Below, piece by piece: positions 1 to 10,735 of a stretch of 64,000 bases of DNA. How positions within the stretch are numbered: position 1 is the stretch's first letter; each line of letters starts with the position of its first letter. A program made the position numbers and the translations under genes. A model generated the notes under the pieces. That model made no database searches. It was not told the DNA's origin and was given only the letters and a program-made list of their open reading frames with translations. Source of the DNA: an uncultured Eubacteriales bacterium (GTDB taxonomy: Bacteria; Acidobacteriota; Aminicenantia; Aminicenantales; Aminicenantaceae); the NCBI GenBank assembly GCA_964429695.1, contig CAYSCS010000003.1, positions 6,704 through 70,703 of the forward strand, given 5' to 3'.

Positions 1-6
1 TTCCTC

Positions 7-1530
7 TTGGCCACCTTGAGTGGCGTTCTGAGTGCCCTTTCTTTTCCTAAATTCAACCTCTTTTTTCTTGCCTGGCTCTCTCTAATCCCTCTACTTCTCC
101 TCATCTCCAAACACAGCCCGAAAGAATCTTTTTTCCTTGGCGCTGTGGCGGGAAGTGTCTTTTATGGAATACTAATCTATTGGATTCCCTCTGTTCCTGC
201 TCACTATGGTAATTTATCTCTAGGATTAAGCCTCCTTATCTACCTCATATTTTTTCTTTTTTTGGGACTCTTTTGGGGAATTTTCTCCCTTCTTCTCTCC
301 GTGATAAGGGGAGCCTTTCCTAAGATATTCTTAATTTTAGCCCCCTTCCTCTGGGTGTCTTTAGAATATATTCTGAGCCATATTTTCACCGGCTTTCCTT
401 GGGGGCTTTTAGGCAATACCCAATCTCAAAATCTCCCTTTCCTCCAGCTTGCTTCTCTAACCGGCGTCTATGGAATCTCCTTCATGCTGGTCCTCCTCCA
501 GAGCATGTTTGTGGCTTCTCTTCTTCAAAAAAGAAGAAAACCATTTTTTATTTCTCTAATCCTGGTGATTCTCATTCACGCATGGGGTGTTCTTACCCTA
601 AGAAATTCCATGGCCACTGATAAATCCTTAAGAGTAGCTGTGCTTCAAGGAAACGTATCCTCTGATATTTATTGGGACAGAATCCCAATCGAGGAAATTG
701 AGGAATTGTTCTTAGAGCATCTTGAAATGAGCTTCAAGGCACATAGACAGGGAGCAGGCTTAATCATTTGGCCAGAATTCTCGGTTCCTCTCTGTTTTAG
801 CTGCCCCGATGCTCTTTATCAAGATTTTAAAAATGAACTCTTTCAATTCGTAGCGGAGACAAAAAGCACGCTTCTTCTGGGGACAAATGAAACTTCAACT
901 CTATCTAATTCCAGGTTATTTTTTAACACGGCCCTCTGCCTGAGTCCAGACCTTTCTCTTACCGAGTATCATAAGATGCACCTTGTCCCTTTCGGAGAAT
1001 ACACTCCTTATGAGAAATTTTTTTCCTTTATTAAAAAAATAACCCATGCCATTGGAGACATTTCACCAGGAAAAAGTTACACCCTCCATAGTTACAAAAA
1101 TGTTAAGTTTGGTTCTCCAATCTGCTATGAAATAATCTTTCCCGATTTAGTCAGAAGATTTGTCAAAAAGGGGGCACAGTTTTTAGTAACCATAACCAAT
1201 GATGGCTGGTACGGAAAAAGTTCCGCTCCATACCAGCATTTTTCCATAGCAGTGATAAGAGCAGTAGAAAACAGACGTTATCTTCTGAGAGCGGCAACCA
1301 CAGGAATCAGCGGCATCGTCGATCCCTACGGCCGGATTATTTCTAAGTCAGAGCTAATGACAAAGACATTCCTTGTGGGAGATATCCACCCTCTTCACTC
1401 TTTAACTTTTTATACAAGATTTGGCAACTATCTTCCCCAGGGGTGCTTGACAATGACCCTTATATTTCTTATCCTTGCTCTAATAAAGAGGAAACATGGA
1501 AGAAAAAGTTCAGAGAGAAAGATTATCTGA
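7..1530 (+). CDS. lnt: Apolipoprotein N-acyltransferase. The N-terminus may extend upstream of the window start.
   Basis: The N-terminal half is multi-TM and hydrophobic. The C-terminal CN-hydrolase domain shows VAVLQGN, IIWPE and ICYEIIFPD (catalytic Cys) motifs, collinear with E. coli Lnt. The reading frame is open back to nt 1. Confidence 0.8.
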   Translation: MATLSGVLSALSFPKFNLFFLAWLSLIPLLLLISKHSPKESFFLGAVAGSVFYGILIYWIPSVPAHYGNLSLGLSLLIYLIFFLFLGLFWGIFSLLLSVIRGAFPKIFLILAPFLWVSLEYILSHIFTGFPWGLLGNTQSQNLPFLQLASLTGVYGISFMLVLLQSMFVASLLQKRRKPFFISLILVILIHAWGVLTLRNSMATDKSLRVAVLQGNVSSDIYWDRIPIEEIEELFLEHLEMSFKAHRQGAGLIIWPEFSVPLCFSCPDALYQDFKNELFQFVAETKSTLLLGTNETSTLSNSRLFFNTALCLSPDLSLTEYHKMHLVPFGEYTPYEKFFSFIKKITHAIGDISPGKSYTLHSYKNVKFGSPICYEIIFPDLVRRFVKKGAQFLVTITNDGWYGKSSAPYQHFSIAVIRAVENRRYLLRAATTGISGIVDPYGRIISKSELMTKTFLVGDIHPLHSLTFYTRFGNYLPQGCLTMTLIFLILALIKRKHGRKSSERKII

Positions 1531-2627
1531 GCTTCACGCTCAGGTTAAAGAGAGTTTTCAAAAACTAGAAGAGTTAAGGGGTTTTCTTTGAAGTTGAAAA
1601 TAAAAAAGCCGAAATAAAAAAATTAGAAGAGGAACTCTCTCTGCCTGAAACCTGGGAGAATCAGAAAAAATTCCAAAAGTTACAACAATCTAAGAGAAAA
1701 CTCGAAAGAGAGTTAGATTTCTTTTCAAAAATAATGGAAAAGAAGGAAGAAATCGAAGTGCTTACCGAACTTCTTGAAGAAGGCGAGAGCGTAGAACAAG
1801 AATTGAGGAAAGCATTAGACTCATTCACCGCAAAGCTTGAAGAGGCGGAAACCGAAACGCTTTTCTTCGAAGAAGATGACTCTCGAAATGCCATCCTTAC
1901 CATCCATCCCGGCGCAGGAGGAACAGAATCTCAGGACTGGGCTCAGATGCTACTCAGAATGTATCTAAAATATGCTGAAAGAAAAGGTTTTAAAGCAGAA
2001 ATCCTAGATTCTCTTCCAGGGGAGGAAGCGGGTTTAAAGAGTGTAACAGTGCGCATAGAAGGAGATTATGCTTATGGTTATTTCAGCCAGGAAGTGGGAG
2101 TCCACCGTTTGGTCAGGATTTCACCCTTTGACGCCAATCGAAGAAGGCACACCTCCTTTGCAGCAGTTTTCGTATATCCTGAAGTAGAAGAAGATATTGA
2201 GATTGAGATAAACCCAGAAGATTTGAGGATAGATACTTTCAGGTCTTCTGGAAGAGGTGGGCAACATGTCAATGTCACTGACTCTGCAGTAAGGATTACT
2301 CATATTCCCACTGGGATTGTGGTTCAATGCCAGAACGAAAGGTCCCAACATAAAAATAAGGCATCGGCGATGAAGGTTCTCAAGGCTCGACTTTATGAAC
2401 TTGAGAAGAAGAAGCAGCGAGAAAAACTCGAGAAGCTTGAGAATACAAAAACAGAAATCGGTTGGGGAAATCAGATTCGCTCTTACGTTCTTCACCCTTA
2501 CCGGCTCATAAAAGACCTTAGGACAAAGGTTGAGGTAAGCAATGTAGAAAGAGTTTTGGATGGTGACCTAGATGAGTTTACCAAAGCAGCTTTAAAGTTG
2601 AGGAAGGAAAAGAAGCCTTCTCCATGA
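1496..2627 (+). CDS. prfB: Peptide chain release factor 2, encoded in two frames joined by a programmed +1 ribosomal frameshift. Frame A is 1496..1588 and the +1 frame is 1590..2627.
   Basis: The short N-terminal ORF MEEKVQRERLSELHAQVKESFQKLEELRGFL ends at the in-frame UGA within CTT TGA A, immediately after an SD-like AGGGG. The +1 frame continues into the 297-aa track ORF, which carries the RF2 SPF and GGQ motifs (SPFDANRRRHTS, RSSGRGGQHVNVTDSAVRITH). E. coli prfB has LRGYL-stop at the same place. Confidence 0.9.
1572..1592 (+). promoter_or_regulatory. prfB +1 programmed frameshift site: an internal SD-like AGGGGU, a slippery CUU codon and an in-frame UGA.
   Basis: The sequence is agggguuuuCUUUGAa. 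The UGA at 1589-1591 terminates the 31-codon frame. The +1 frame from 1590 is contiguous with the RF2 body. Confidence 0.85.
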
Positions 2628-2640
2628 TTCTTCAAAATTC

Positions 2641-3435
2641 CTATTCTTTAATTCTTTGCTTTGACTCCTGCCAAATCCTATCCATCAAGCTTGCATCTAC
2701 TTCTTCAACATTCATCCCTCTTTGACGTATGATATCCTCCATCATCCTGAACCTACGGATAAATTTTTTTATTGCCCCCTTAAGGGCAATCTCCGGATTA
2801 ACGCCGCAGAGTCGGGAGACGTTAGCCAAAGAGAAAAGTACATCCCCTATTTCTTGATAAACTGCTTTCTCATTCTTCTCTTCGAGAACCTTCTCCAACT
2901 CCATTAATTCCTCTTTAACCTTCTTGAAAGCCTGAGGGGCATCATCCCAGTCAAATCCACAGGATGAAGCCTTCAAGCCAACTTGAAAAGCCTCAAGAAG
3001 AGAAGGCAGATTTTTCACCATTCCATCAAATATGGAATGAATTTCTTTCTCTTCTTCTTTACGCTTCTGCCAATCTTTGGCCACCTCAGCAGGGGTCTTC
3101 TTCCTCTTTGATTTAGCGAAGACATACGGATGTCGATTAACCATCTTTTGATTTACACCTTGAAGCACATCTGAAATCTCAAACCTTTTCTTTTCTTTAG
3201 AAATCTGGGCTAAAAAAACTAGCTCCATCATCACATCCCCAATCTCTTCCTTGATCGCTCGTGGATCGTCTCTGATTATGGCTTCAGCTAATTCGTAAAC
3301 TTCTTCTAAGAGATAATTCATTATCGATTTTTCATCCTGAATTTTATCCCAAGGACAACCCTCTTCCCCCCTTAGCTCATCTAAAATCCTGACAAGTCTT
3401 ACGAATTCCTTCTCTGTTTTCTGATTTTTATTCAT
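2641..3435 (-). CDS. mazG: Nucleoside triphosphate pyrophosphohydrolase MazG, with tandem MazG domains.
   Basis: EEGCPWDKIQDEKSIMNYLLEEVYELAEAI in the first domain and a second EExGD-type repeat (VYQEIGDVLFSLANVSR) match the MazG family signature. Confidence 0.8.
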   Translation of the reverse strand: MNKNQKTEKEFVRLVRILDELRGEEGCPWDKIQDEKSIMNYLLEEVYELAEAIIRDDPRAIKEEIGDVMMELVFLAQISKEKKRFEISDVLQGVNQKMVNRHPYVFAKSKRKKTPAEVAKDWQKRKEEEKEIHSIFDGMVKNLPSLLEAFQVGLKASSCGFDWDDAPQAFKKVKEELMELEKVLEEKNEKAVYQEIGDVLFSLANVSRLCGVNPEIALKGAIKKFIRRFRMMEDIIRQRGMNVEEVDASLMDRIWQESKQRIKE

Positions 3436-3553
3436 CCTGATATACCTTGAATTAAATCAGGTAATATTGTAATATTTTTAATTAATCGTAAAAAGAACTA
3501 AATTCATTTCTCATTTAAACAAGCATCTCATCCAAAGCATCAGAGGAAAAGAA

Positions 3554-3874
3554 ATGCAAGAAAAAAATAAAGAGAACGAAGGAAAGACAGAAAAAGCAGA
3601 GGAAAAAGGACAGGTTCTTCCTCCCCTTGACTTTAGTTCCCTTGTCCTTCCCTTCTACACTCAAGCCTTGGTCTCTTTAGGAGTCATAATAAACCCAACT
3701 TCAAAAAAATTTGAGAAAAACTTGGAACTTACCAAGAGGCTTATTGACCTCCTAGACCTTTTGAGAGAAAGGACGAAGGGAAACTTAAAAGAAGAAGAAG
3801 AAAAATTCTTGAGCTCATGTCTTCACCATCTGAAGATGAGCTACATGCAAGAGGCGAATATAATCAAGTTGTGA
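3554..3874 (+). CDS. Small K/E-rich conserved hypothetical protein, possibly a DUF1844-type.
   Basis: It is a 106-aa ORF with a charged low-complexity N-terminus followed by LPPLDFSSLVLPF...LGVIINP...RTKGNL. I recall this pattern as DUF1844-like. The stop codon abuts the ribF start. Confidence 0.4.
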   Translation: MQEKNKENEGKTEKAEEKGQVLPPLDFSSLVLPFYTQALVSLGVIINPTSKKFEKNLELTKRLIDLLDLLRERTKGNLKEEEEKFLSSCLHHLKMSYMQEANIIKL

Positions 3875-3876
3875 AG

Positions 3877-4806
3877 ATGGAAGTCATTAATGACCTCAAA
3901 ACAATTACTCCTCTCAAGAAGAGCACTGCCCTCGCCATAGGGAATTTTGATGGAATTCACCTTGGGCATCAGAAAATCCTGAAGTTACTCCAAAAAGAAT
4001 CCCGCAAGTTAGGCCTACTTCCTGCTGTTCTCACTTTTTCTCCTCATCCCGAAAAAGTGTTGGGCAATAAACCCATAAAGATGATTCAAACGCTTGAACA
4101 AAGATTAGAAGAAATCAGCAAATATGGGATAGAACTTGCAATCGTGGCCACTTTTGATAAGAGTTTCGCCCTTCTTTCTGCGGAAGAATTCATCCTGGAA
4201 ACAGTCGCAAAAACACTTTCTGCTAGAGTCGTCGTTATCGGGGAAGATTTCAGATTCGGAAGAGACAGGGAAGGGGATATATCGCTCTTTAAATCCCTTT
4301 CTTCCACTCTCAATTTCAAGCTTCACGTTGTTTCTAGTGTAAAAAAGAATGGCACAGTAATCTCCAGCAGCCTAATCCGCACCCTGCTCGAAGAAGGAGA
4401 GGTCGAAAAGGCAAATTTTTTCCTGGGAAGGGCTTACCGAATAGATGGAAAAGTAATAAAAGGGAGCTCAAGAGGAAGGTCAATAGGATTCCCGACAGCT
4501 AACATCGAAAGCGAGAATGAAATCCTCCCTCCTGGAGTTTTTCTGACGACTGCGCAAATAAGAGGAAAACAATTCTCATCTTTGACGAATGTGGGAGAAT
4601 GCCCTACCTTTGATAAGACAGGAATCAGAGTAGAAACTCATCTCTTAGATTTTGATAGAATCCTTTACGGAGAAAAAATAAGAATCGTCTTTTTGAAGAA
4701 AATAAGGAAAGAAATAGAATTTAAAGACACAGAGGCTCTCAAAGCCCAGATTTCAGAGGACATCAAGAAAGCAAGGGCATTCTTCCATCGACACCAGGAA
4801 AAGTGA
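3877..4806 (+). CDS. ribF: Bifunctional riboflavin kinase / FMN adenylyltransferase.
   Basis: ALAIGNFDGIHLGHQKIL (the nucleotidyltransferase HxGH motif) is followed by a riboflavin-kinase half (GRSIGFPTANIE, ETHLLDFD). I prefer the start at Met 3877 (MEVINDLK) over the 3817 track start, which overlaps the upstream ORF. Confidence 0.85.
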   Translation: MEVINDLKTITPLKKSTALAIGNFDGIHLGHQKILKLLQKESRKLGLLPAVLTFSPHPEKVLGNKPIKMIQTLEQRLEEISKYGIELAIVATFDKSFALLSAEEFILETVAKTLSARVVVIGEDFRFGRDREGDISLFKSLSSTLNFKLHVVSSVKKNGTVISSSLIRTLLEEGEVEKANFFLGRAYRIDGKVIKGSSRGRSIGFPTANIESENEILPPGVFLTTAQIRGKQFSSLTNVGECPTFDKTGIRVETHLLDFDRILYGEKIRIVFLKKIRKEIEFKDTEALKAQISEDIKKARAFFHRHQEK

Positions 4807-4901
4807 AATTTAGCCAATTTCTTGACTTTTTCAAAGATATAATGCATGTTCTTAAAAGCATGTCTAAGCTTCAAAAAAATACTTAATCTCCGGAGCAATC
4901 G

Positions 4902-5456
4902 ATGAAAGAAAAAATTAAAGCAAGAGTAATGGATGGCTCTAAAATAAGAAGAGCGCTCCATCGGATGACGACTGAAATAATTGAGAGAAATCGAAACCTC
5001 AAGAACTTAGTCATAGTCGGAATCAGGACAAGAGGGATTTACCTCGGAAAGAGAATTTCTAAGCTTATCAAAGAAATGGAAAATGTTGAGGTTCCGGTTG
5101 GAGTCCTGGACATAACTCTTTATAGAGATGATTTCTCCGAGCTTGAAGCTCAACACATAGTCCAAAAGACAGAAATAAACTTCCCCATAGCCAAAAAAGA
5201 TGTCCTCCTTGTGGACGATGTTCTTTTCACGGGGAGGACAATTCGCGCCGCTATGGACAGTCTCATTGACCTGGGAAGGCCTGATACAATCCAGCTTCTT
5301 GTTCTTATCGACCGTGGCCACCGTGAACTTCCCATAAGAGCGGATTATGTGGGAAAATTTCTCCCTACCTCAAAGAGAGAGGTTGTTCAGGTGAAGCTTA
5401 AAGAAATAGATGGAAGTGACGAAGTCTTAATCACGGAGCCCGCAGGTCTGAAATAG
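4902..5456 (+). CDS. pyrR: Pyrimidine operon regulator / uracil phosphoribosyltransferase PyrR.
   Basis: The PRPP-binding motif [19 protein letters not shown], a 184-aa length and the position upstream of pyrB and pyrC support the call. Confidence 0.85.
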   Translation: MKEKIKARVMDGSKIRRALHRMTTEIIERNRNLKNLVIVGIRTRGIYLGKRISKLIKEMENVEVPVGVLDITLYRDDFSELEAQHIVQKTEINFPIAKKDVLLVDDVLFTGRTIRAAMDSLIDLGRPDTIQLLVLIDRGHRELPIRADYVGKFLPTSKREVVQVKLKEIDGSDEVLITEPAGLK

Positions 5457-5466
5457 GAGAGGAACC

Positions 5467-6405
5467 TTGAGCTTCAAACACAAACATCTCTTAGGAATTA
5501 AAGACCTTACCCCGCAAGACATCCTGACCATCCTGGAAACAGCCGAATCCTTACATGAAATCTCAAAACGCGAAATTAAAAAAGTCCCCACACTAAGAGG
5601 AAAAACAATCATCAACCTCTTCTTCGAGCCCAGCACTCGAACCCGCAGTTCTTTTGAACTTGCTGCGAAGAGATTGAGTGCGGATATTGTGAATTTCAAT
5701 CGCTCCGCAAGCTCAGTCGTCAAAGGAGAAAGCTTAAAAGACACTGTCTTGAACCTCGAAGCCATGAATCCAGATGCAATCGTCATCAGGCATTCTGCTT
5801 CAGGGGCTCCGCACTTCATAAGCTCATTCTGCCGCTCGCATGTGATCAATGCCGGAGACGGCTCTCATGAACATCCCACTCAGGCACTCCTCGATGCCTT
5901 CACCATCAAACAAGAAAAGAAAACTCTGCAAGGCCTCAAAGTGGTCATAGTAGGAGACATTTTGCACAGCAGGGTAGCAAGATCAAATATCATGCTCCTA
6001 ACCAAAGTGGGAACACAAGTCGTCCTCTGCGGCCCTCCATCTCTTCTTCCCCAGGCTTTTAAAAAATTCGGTGTGGATATAGAGTACAACCTAGATAGAG
6101 CTCTTGAGGAGGCAGATGTGGTCATGATGCTTCGAATCCAGCTGGAAAGACAGAAAAAAAACTTCTTCCCTTCCATCCGCGAATACCGAAACCTCTACGG
6201 CTTGACCAAGGAAAGATTCAGAAAAGCCAAGAAAAACGCAATAATCATGCATCCCGGGCCGATAAATCGAGGGGTGGAAATTTCCACAGAACTTGCTGAC
6301 TCTGCCAAGTCGGTAATCCTAAAGCAAGTGGAGAATGGGATTGCGGTGAGGATGGCTGTCCTGTATCTTTTATTAGGAGGAAAAGAGAGTGAGGCTCTTG
6401 ATTAA
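5467..6405 (+). CDS. pyrB: Aspartate carbamoyltransferase catalytic subunit.
   Basis: [15 protein letters not shown] and HPTQALLD motifs are present. A TTG start lies 7 nt after an AGGAGAGG SD. Confidence 0.9.
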   Translation: MSFKHKHLLGIKDLTPQDILTILETAESLHEISKREIKKVPTLRGKTIINLFFEPSTRTRSSFELAAKRLSADIVNFNRSASSVVKGESLKDTVLNLEAMNPDAIVIRHSASGAPHFISSFCRSHVINAGDGSHEHPTQALLDAFTIKQEKKTLQGLKVVIVGDILHSRVARSNIMLLTKVGTQVVLCGPPSLLPQAFKKFGVDIEYNLDRALEEADVVMMLRIQLERQKKNFFPSIREYRNLYGLTKERFRKAKKNAIIMHPGPINRGVEISTELADSAKSVILKQVENGIAVRMAVLYLLLGGKESEALD

Positions 6406-7669
6406 AAATGGAAGAGTCATTGACCCTTCTTCAGGAATTGACGAAACCCTTGATATCCTCATCGACAGAGGAAAGATCGTAGAAATTAAACCAAAGATTG
6501 ATAATCAAGAAGCAAAAATCATCGACGCTTCAAGGCTTGTCGTTTCACCTGGATTCATTGACATGCATACCCATCTGCGGGAACCGGGAGAAGAAGAAAA
6601 AGAGACGATTTACACTGGCTCTCAGGCTGCAGCTAGAGGAGGATTCACCTCGATCGCCTGTATGCCCAATACAAACCCTGTAAATGACAACCGCGGGGTA
6701 ACAGAGTTCATAATCTCAGAGGCAAAGAAAAGAGCAGTGGTCAACATCTTCCCCATCGCAGCCGTGACCAAGGAACAAAAAGGAGAAGAGCTTATAGATA
6801 TGGCAGATTTGGTTGAGGCTAATGCCATAGCCTTTTCTGACGATGGTTTCCCTGTGAAGACCAGTCTCATCATGCGTCGTGCACTCGAATATTCAAAACT
6901 TCTAAACACATTAATCATCGACCACTGTGAAGACCGCAGTTTAAGCGAAGACGGTGTGATGAATGAAGGCTATTATTCCTATCTTTTGGGCTTAAGAGGC
7001 ATACCTGATTCAGCAGAAGAAATCATAGTGGCACGCGACCTTATTTTAGCTGAGAAGACGGGTTCAAGGATTCACCTTGCCCACTTAAGCGTCAAAGGCG
7101 CTGTTGAGCTTCTCAGAGAAGCTAAGAAGAGAAGAGTCAAGGTAACGGCAGAAGTAACCCCCCATCATCTCATTCTGGATGACTCTTCCCTCCAGACCTA
7201 CGATACCAACCTAAAAGTTAATCCCCCTCTTAGGTCAAAAGATGATGTAAAAGCCCTCTTGGAAGCTGTGAAAGATGGAACCATAGATGTAATTGCTACA
7301 GACCATGCACCCCATACAGAGGATGAGAAGGCTGTGGAATTTGACCAAGCTCCATTCGGAATAAATGGCCTCGAAACTGCAGTTTCCCTTCTTTTAGATA
7401 GATTGGTAAACAAAAATGTGATTCCTCTTTCAAAATTCATCGAAATGATAGCCACAAAACCTGCTGAAATATTGGGTTTAGAGAATAAAGGGAAAATAAG
7501 AGTGGGAGCAGATGCAGATTTGACAATCCTCAATCTCCACAAGGAAATAGTAATTGACATAACAAAATTCAAATCAAAGAGTAGAAACAACCCCTTCCAC
7601 GGCTGGAAATTGAAAGGAGCCCCTACAATGACCATCGTGGGAGGGAAGATTGTCTATTCCTCTCTTTAA
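6389..7669 (+). CDS. pyrC: Dihydroorotase.
   Basis: [10 protein letters not shown] metal-binding motif and ATDHAPH are present. A GTG start follows an AGGAGG SD. The ORF overlaps the pyrB end. Confidence 0.85.
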   Translation: MRLLIKNGRVIDPSSGIDETLDILIDRGKIVEIKPKIDNQEAKIIDASRLVVSPGFIDMHTHLREPGEEEKETIYTGSQAAARGGFTSIACMPNTNPVNDNRGVTEFIISEAKKRAVVNIFPIAAVTKEQKGEELIDMADLVEANAIAFSDDGFPVKTSLIMRRALEYSKLLNTLIIDHCEDRSLSEDGVMNEGYYSYLLGLRGIPDSAEEIIVARDLILAEKTGSRIHLAHLSVKGAVELLREAKKRRVKVTAEVTPHHLILDDSSLQTYDTNLKVNPPLRSKDDVKALLEAVKDGTIDVIATDHAPHTEDEKAVEFDQAPFGINGLETAVSLLLDRLVNKNVIPLSKFIEMIATKPAEILGLENKGKIRVGADADLTILNLHKEIVIDITKFKSKSRNNPFHGWKLKGAPTMTIVGGKIVYSSL

Positions 7670-7674
7670 TCTAA

Positions 7675-8415
7675 ATGAAGATAAAAATCCCGCAGATTGA
7701 AAAAAAAATAGGCCATATTTTCAAAGACAAGATGCTTCTTAAGACCGCACTCACTCACAGGTCTTATGCTCATGAATCCAAGAAAAATACCCCGGAAAAT
7801 GAAACCCTAGAGTTTCTCGGAGATTCTGTGGTAGGCTTCCTTATTGCCGATTTTCTTTACAGGAACTACACCGCACTCCCGGAAGGAGAGCTTTCAAAAC
7901 TCAAATCAACCGCTGCCAGCACCTCCTCTCTAGCCTCCTTCGCAAGAAAGATTGGCCTCGATAAAAGAATAATCTTGGGCAAGGGAGAAGAAAAAAGCGG
8001 CGGAAGAAAAAAAGAAACAATTCTTGCCGGAGCTTTTGAAGCACTTGTGGCTGCTTTATATTTAGATGCAGGGTTAAATGCGGCTCAGGACTTCTTTCTG
8101 CCCCTTCTTAAATCTCTGTTTAAAAAAGTGGATGTTCAAAAATTCATCATAAGCGATTATAAATCCGCCCTCCAAGAACATTACCAGAGGCAAAGCTTAC
8201 CTTCTCCAGTGTATAAGACAATAAAAATAGAAGGGCCAGAGCATAAAAAAAGTTTTGTCATCAAAGTCATTTCCGGAGATGAAACCCTTGCCGTGGCGAA
8301 AAGTCATTCAAAAAAAAGTGCCGAGCAAAAAGCAGCTCAGAAGGCCCTCAAAAAGATCTTAGGAAAAAGGATGAAATCTCTCACACCAGAAACATTTTTC
8401 CTTCAAAAAAAATGA
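7675..8415 (+). CDS. rnc: Ribonuclease III.
   Basis: The RNase III signature ETLEFLGDSVVGFLIADFLY is present, with a C-terminal dsRBD (KSALQEHYQRQSLPSPVYK...KKSAEQKAAQKAL). Confidence 0.85.
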   Translation: MKIKIPQIEKKIGHIFKDKMLLKTALTHRSYAHESKKNTPENETLEFLGDSVVGFLIADFLYRNYTALPEGELSKLKSTAASTSSLASFARKIGLDKRIILGKGEEKSGGRKKETILAGAFEALVAALYLDAGLNAAQDFFLPLLKSLFKKVDVQKFIISDYKSALQEHYQRQSLPSPVYKTIKIEGPEHKKSFVIKVISGDETLAVAKSHSKKSAEQKAAQKALKKILGKRMKSLTPETFFLQKK

Positions 8416-8750
8416 TTGAATCTTATGAATTTGGCAAGATAAAAATCAAAGGAGAAACCTTCACCCAAGACCTCATCATTTTCCCTGAGAAAATAAATCC
8501 TTCTTGGTGGCGAAAATCCGGACACAGAGTAAGCCTTCAGGACCTGGATGAGGTATTCGCTCAAGAACCCGAAATCCTCATCATTGGAACAGGATATGCC
8601 TCGCTGATGAAAGTAGATGAAGAGGTGAAAAAATGTGCCCAGAGAAAGGGAATAACCTTGATAGTAGAAAATACCAGGAAGGCGGTGAAAATCTTTAATG
8701 ACCTTCACTCCAAGAAAAGGGTAATCGCTGCATTTCACCTCACCTGTTGA
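8412..8750 (+). CDS. Mth938-like (DUF498) domain protein.
   Basis: It is 112 aa, with a pattern I recall for the Mth938 family: FGKIKIKGETFTQDLIIFP...PEILIIGTG. Confidence 0.5.
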   Translation: MIESYEFGKIKIKGETFTQDLIIFPEKINPSWWRKSGHRVSLQDLDEVFAQEPEILIIGTGYASLMKVDEEVKKCAQRKGITLIVENTRKAVKIFNDLHSKKRVIAAFHLTC

Positions 8751-8823
8751 ATTGCTACTTTTCATTTCCGTAGAGAAAAGATAAAATTAAGCACTAATAA
8801 AATACTGAATCTGCAGGTGCTAA

Positions 8824-9471
8824 TTGAAAAAATGTGTTAGATGTAAGAAAAGGAAAGGGAAACGTTATTGTCCTGCACTTAGGGAAACGCTGTGTAGCCT
8901 CTGCTGCGGTCTTCTCAGGGAAAAAAAGATTCACTGTCCTCCAGGATGCTTGTATCTCGCCCAGCATAAGTCTTACCAAGAAAAAAAGTCAATGGAAAAA
9001 AATCCTGATATTTCTTCCTGGGAGGATTTCAGGAAAGATGACATTTTGAAGGATGAAAGGATGGCTTGGCTAGCTCTCCACATCGAAATTCCTCTGGGAA
9101 TTTATGCAGCAAAAAAAGAATCCTTCACAGACAAAGATGCTCTTTTAGCCTTGAATTATGCAAAGGAAAAACTTCAGAAGGAAAAGAGCCTCATCCTGCT
9201 TTCCAGTGAAGAATCACAACCAAAGAACGAAATTGGAGAGGAGATTCTGCGGAGCATGGAAAACTGTAGCTTCCAAAGAAACATAATCATTCCCGGAGAA
9301 TCTCCTGGCTACAGAAAAGAGGAAAAAATCAAATGCTTGGAAAGAATAATACTTTCTCTGAAATTCTCAGCGAGGAAAAACCTGGAGGAAAGAAACTACC
9401 TGGAATCTCTCCTTGAAAGAATCGAAAAATTAAGGGAATTTTCAAAAAAAGGAAAAATATTGATTACTTGA
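8824..9471 (+). CDS. Hypothetical protein with an N-terminal Cys-rich (putative zinc-ribbon) segment.
   Basis: The N-terminus reads MKKCVRCKKRKGKRYCPALRETLCSLCCGLLREKKIHCPPGC, giving the pattern CxxC..C..CxxCC..CxxxC. The rest is K/E-rich with no family I recognise. Confidence 0.4.
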   Translation: MKKCVRCKKRKGKRYCPALRETLCSLCCGLLREKKIHCPPGCLYLAQHKSYQEKKSMEKNPDISSWEDFRKDDILKDERMAWLALHIEIPLGIYAAKKESFTDKDALLALNYAKEKLQKEKSLILLSSEESQPKNEIGEEILRSMENCSFQRNIIIPGESPGYRKEEKIKCLERIILSLKFSARKNLEERNYLESLLERIEKLREFSKKGKILIT

Positions 9472-9500
9472 TAAAATAGATTGAAGAATCATTCCCTACC

Positions 9501-10523
9501 TTATTCTTTGCTGATGAGCACCGCTACAAAATTGAGGGAAGGAATATTACTACAGATTATTTTTATGATAGAGGTAATCGGGACGGCAAGGACCATTCCA
9601 GGAAGACCCCAAAGCCAGCCCCAGAAAAAAAGAGAGAAGAGAACGGCAAGCGGGCTCAGTCCCAATCCCTCTCCCATGACCCTGGGCTCTACAAGACTGC
9701 CGAGAATCACCTGAATCGCACTCAGAATGATGAGTATCCATAAGGCCGGCCACGCGCTTCCAAACTGAAAAAGTGCCATGGTCGAAGGTAAAATAGTAGC
9801 CACTATCGAGCCGATATTGGGAATATAGTTCAGAATAAAGGTGAAAAAGCCAAAGACCAAGGCAAAATCAACTCTAAAGGCAGCAAGCACAGCAAAGGCT
9901 AATCCCCCTGTTATCAGGCTTATCACAGTTTTTATGGCGAGATATCTCTGAATCTGATTGTCTATTTTTTGAATGATATCCAAGATTTTCTTTCCCCTTG
10001 GGTCAGGGAAAGAGGTCTTTACCTTGGAAAGAATTTTTCCTCTTCCAGCTAAGATGAAGATGAGGAACACGAAGATCAAAAATAAATTAGAGATGAAGGA
10101 GAAGAAGGGACCGAGCGAAGAGAGGAGAAAGTTTGCCATCTTATTGAAATTAATTTGCTTTGTCCAATCAAACGGCTCTCCTTCAAGCCGATGAGAACCA
10201 ATCTTTTCCTGAAGAAGGTTCAGAATAGAATTTAATTTTTCTCCGTAGCCCGAAAGGTCCGAAGCAAATGCCTTCCCGCTTGAATAAAAAAGAGCCCCCA
10301 AAAGATAGCTTATGAAAAAAGATGCAATGAGAATAAAGGCGATGGAAATGGTTTTAGGAACCTTATAACGGGTTAAGAACACGAGAATCGGCGAAAGGAT
10401 GAAAGAGAGAAAGATAGCCAAGAAAAAGGGAAAAAGCACGGGCTTAGCCACGCGAAGCACAACCCCAGAGATGAAGATGACGATTATGACCAAAGAAGAA
10501 GTTATTACTTTATTATCTTGCAT
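9501..10523 (-). CDS. AI-2E family (UPF0118/PerM-like) transporter.
   Basis: The protein is multi-TM with the conserved C-terminal motif VEPRVMGEGLGLSPLAVLFSLFFWGWLWGLPGMVLAVPI. Confidence 0.8.
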   Translation of the reverse strand: MQDNKVITSSLVIIVIFISGVVLRVAKPVLFPFFLAIFLSFILSPILVFLTRYKVPKTISIAFILIASFFISYLLGALFYSSGKAFASDLSGYGEKLNSILNLLQEKIGSHRLEGEPFDWTKQINFNKMANFLLSSLGPFFSFISNLFLIFVFLIFILAGRGKILSKVKTSFPDPRGKKILDIIQKIDNQIQRYLAIKTVISLITGGLAFAVLAAFRVDFALVFGFFTFILNYIPNIGSIVATILPSTMALFQFGSAWPALWILIILSAIQVILGSLVEPRVMGEGLGLSPLAVLFSLFFWGWLWGLPGMVLAVPITSIIKIICSNIPSLNFVAVLISKE

Positions 10524-10735
10524 TCTATCCTTTTTTTAATAAATATTACTACCTCTTCCAAGAGTAAGTCAAAAAATATCCCTTCTTCTGGCTAAAGATT
10601 TCCCCCTCAAAAGGTGAGGTCGAGAAGATGAATATCACCCCATTTTTCACCCGCAAAGGCGATTGACCAATCCCTTGCGAAACTTAAAATCAGAAAAGAA
10701 AATCATGAAGGGAATTTCTCTGAAAGGCTCATCGA

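Noticed and set aside
1734-2627. The 297-aa ORF as a stand-alone prfB start.
   Set aside because: It would lack the RF2 N-terminal domain. The upstream frame, SD, CUU UGA motif and the +1 continuity show the canonical frameshift.
3817-3876. The long 3817 start for ribF.
   Set aside because: It overlaps the preceding ORF by 58 nt in another frame. Met 3877 follows directly after that ORF's stop and matches the RibF N-terminus.
4807-4901. A PyrR-binding attenuator or antiterminator upstream of pyrR.
   Set aside because: No UCCAGAGAGGCU-like PyrR box or terminator hairpin is recognisable in the 95-nt leader.
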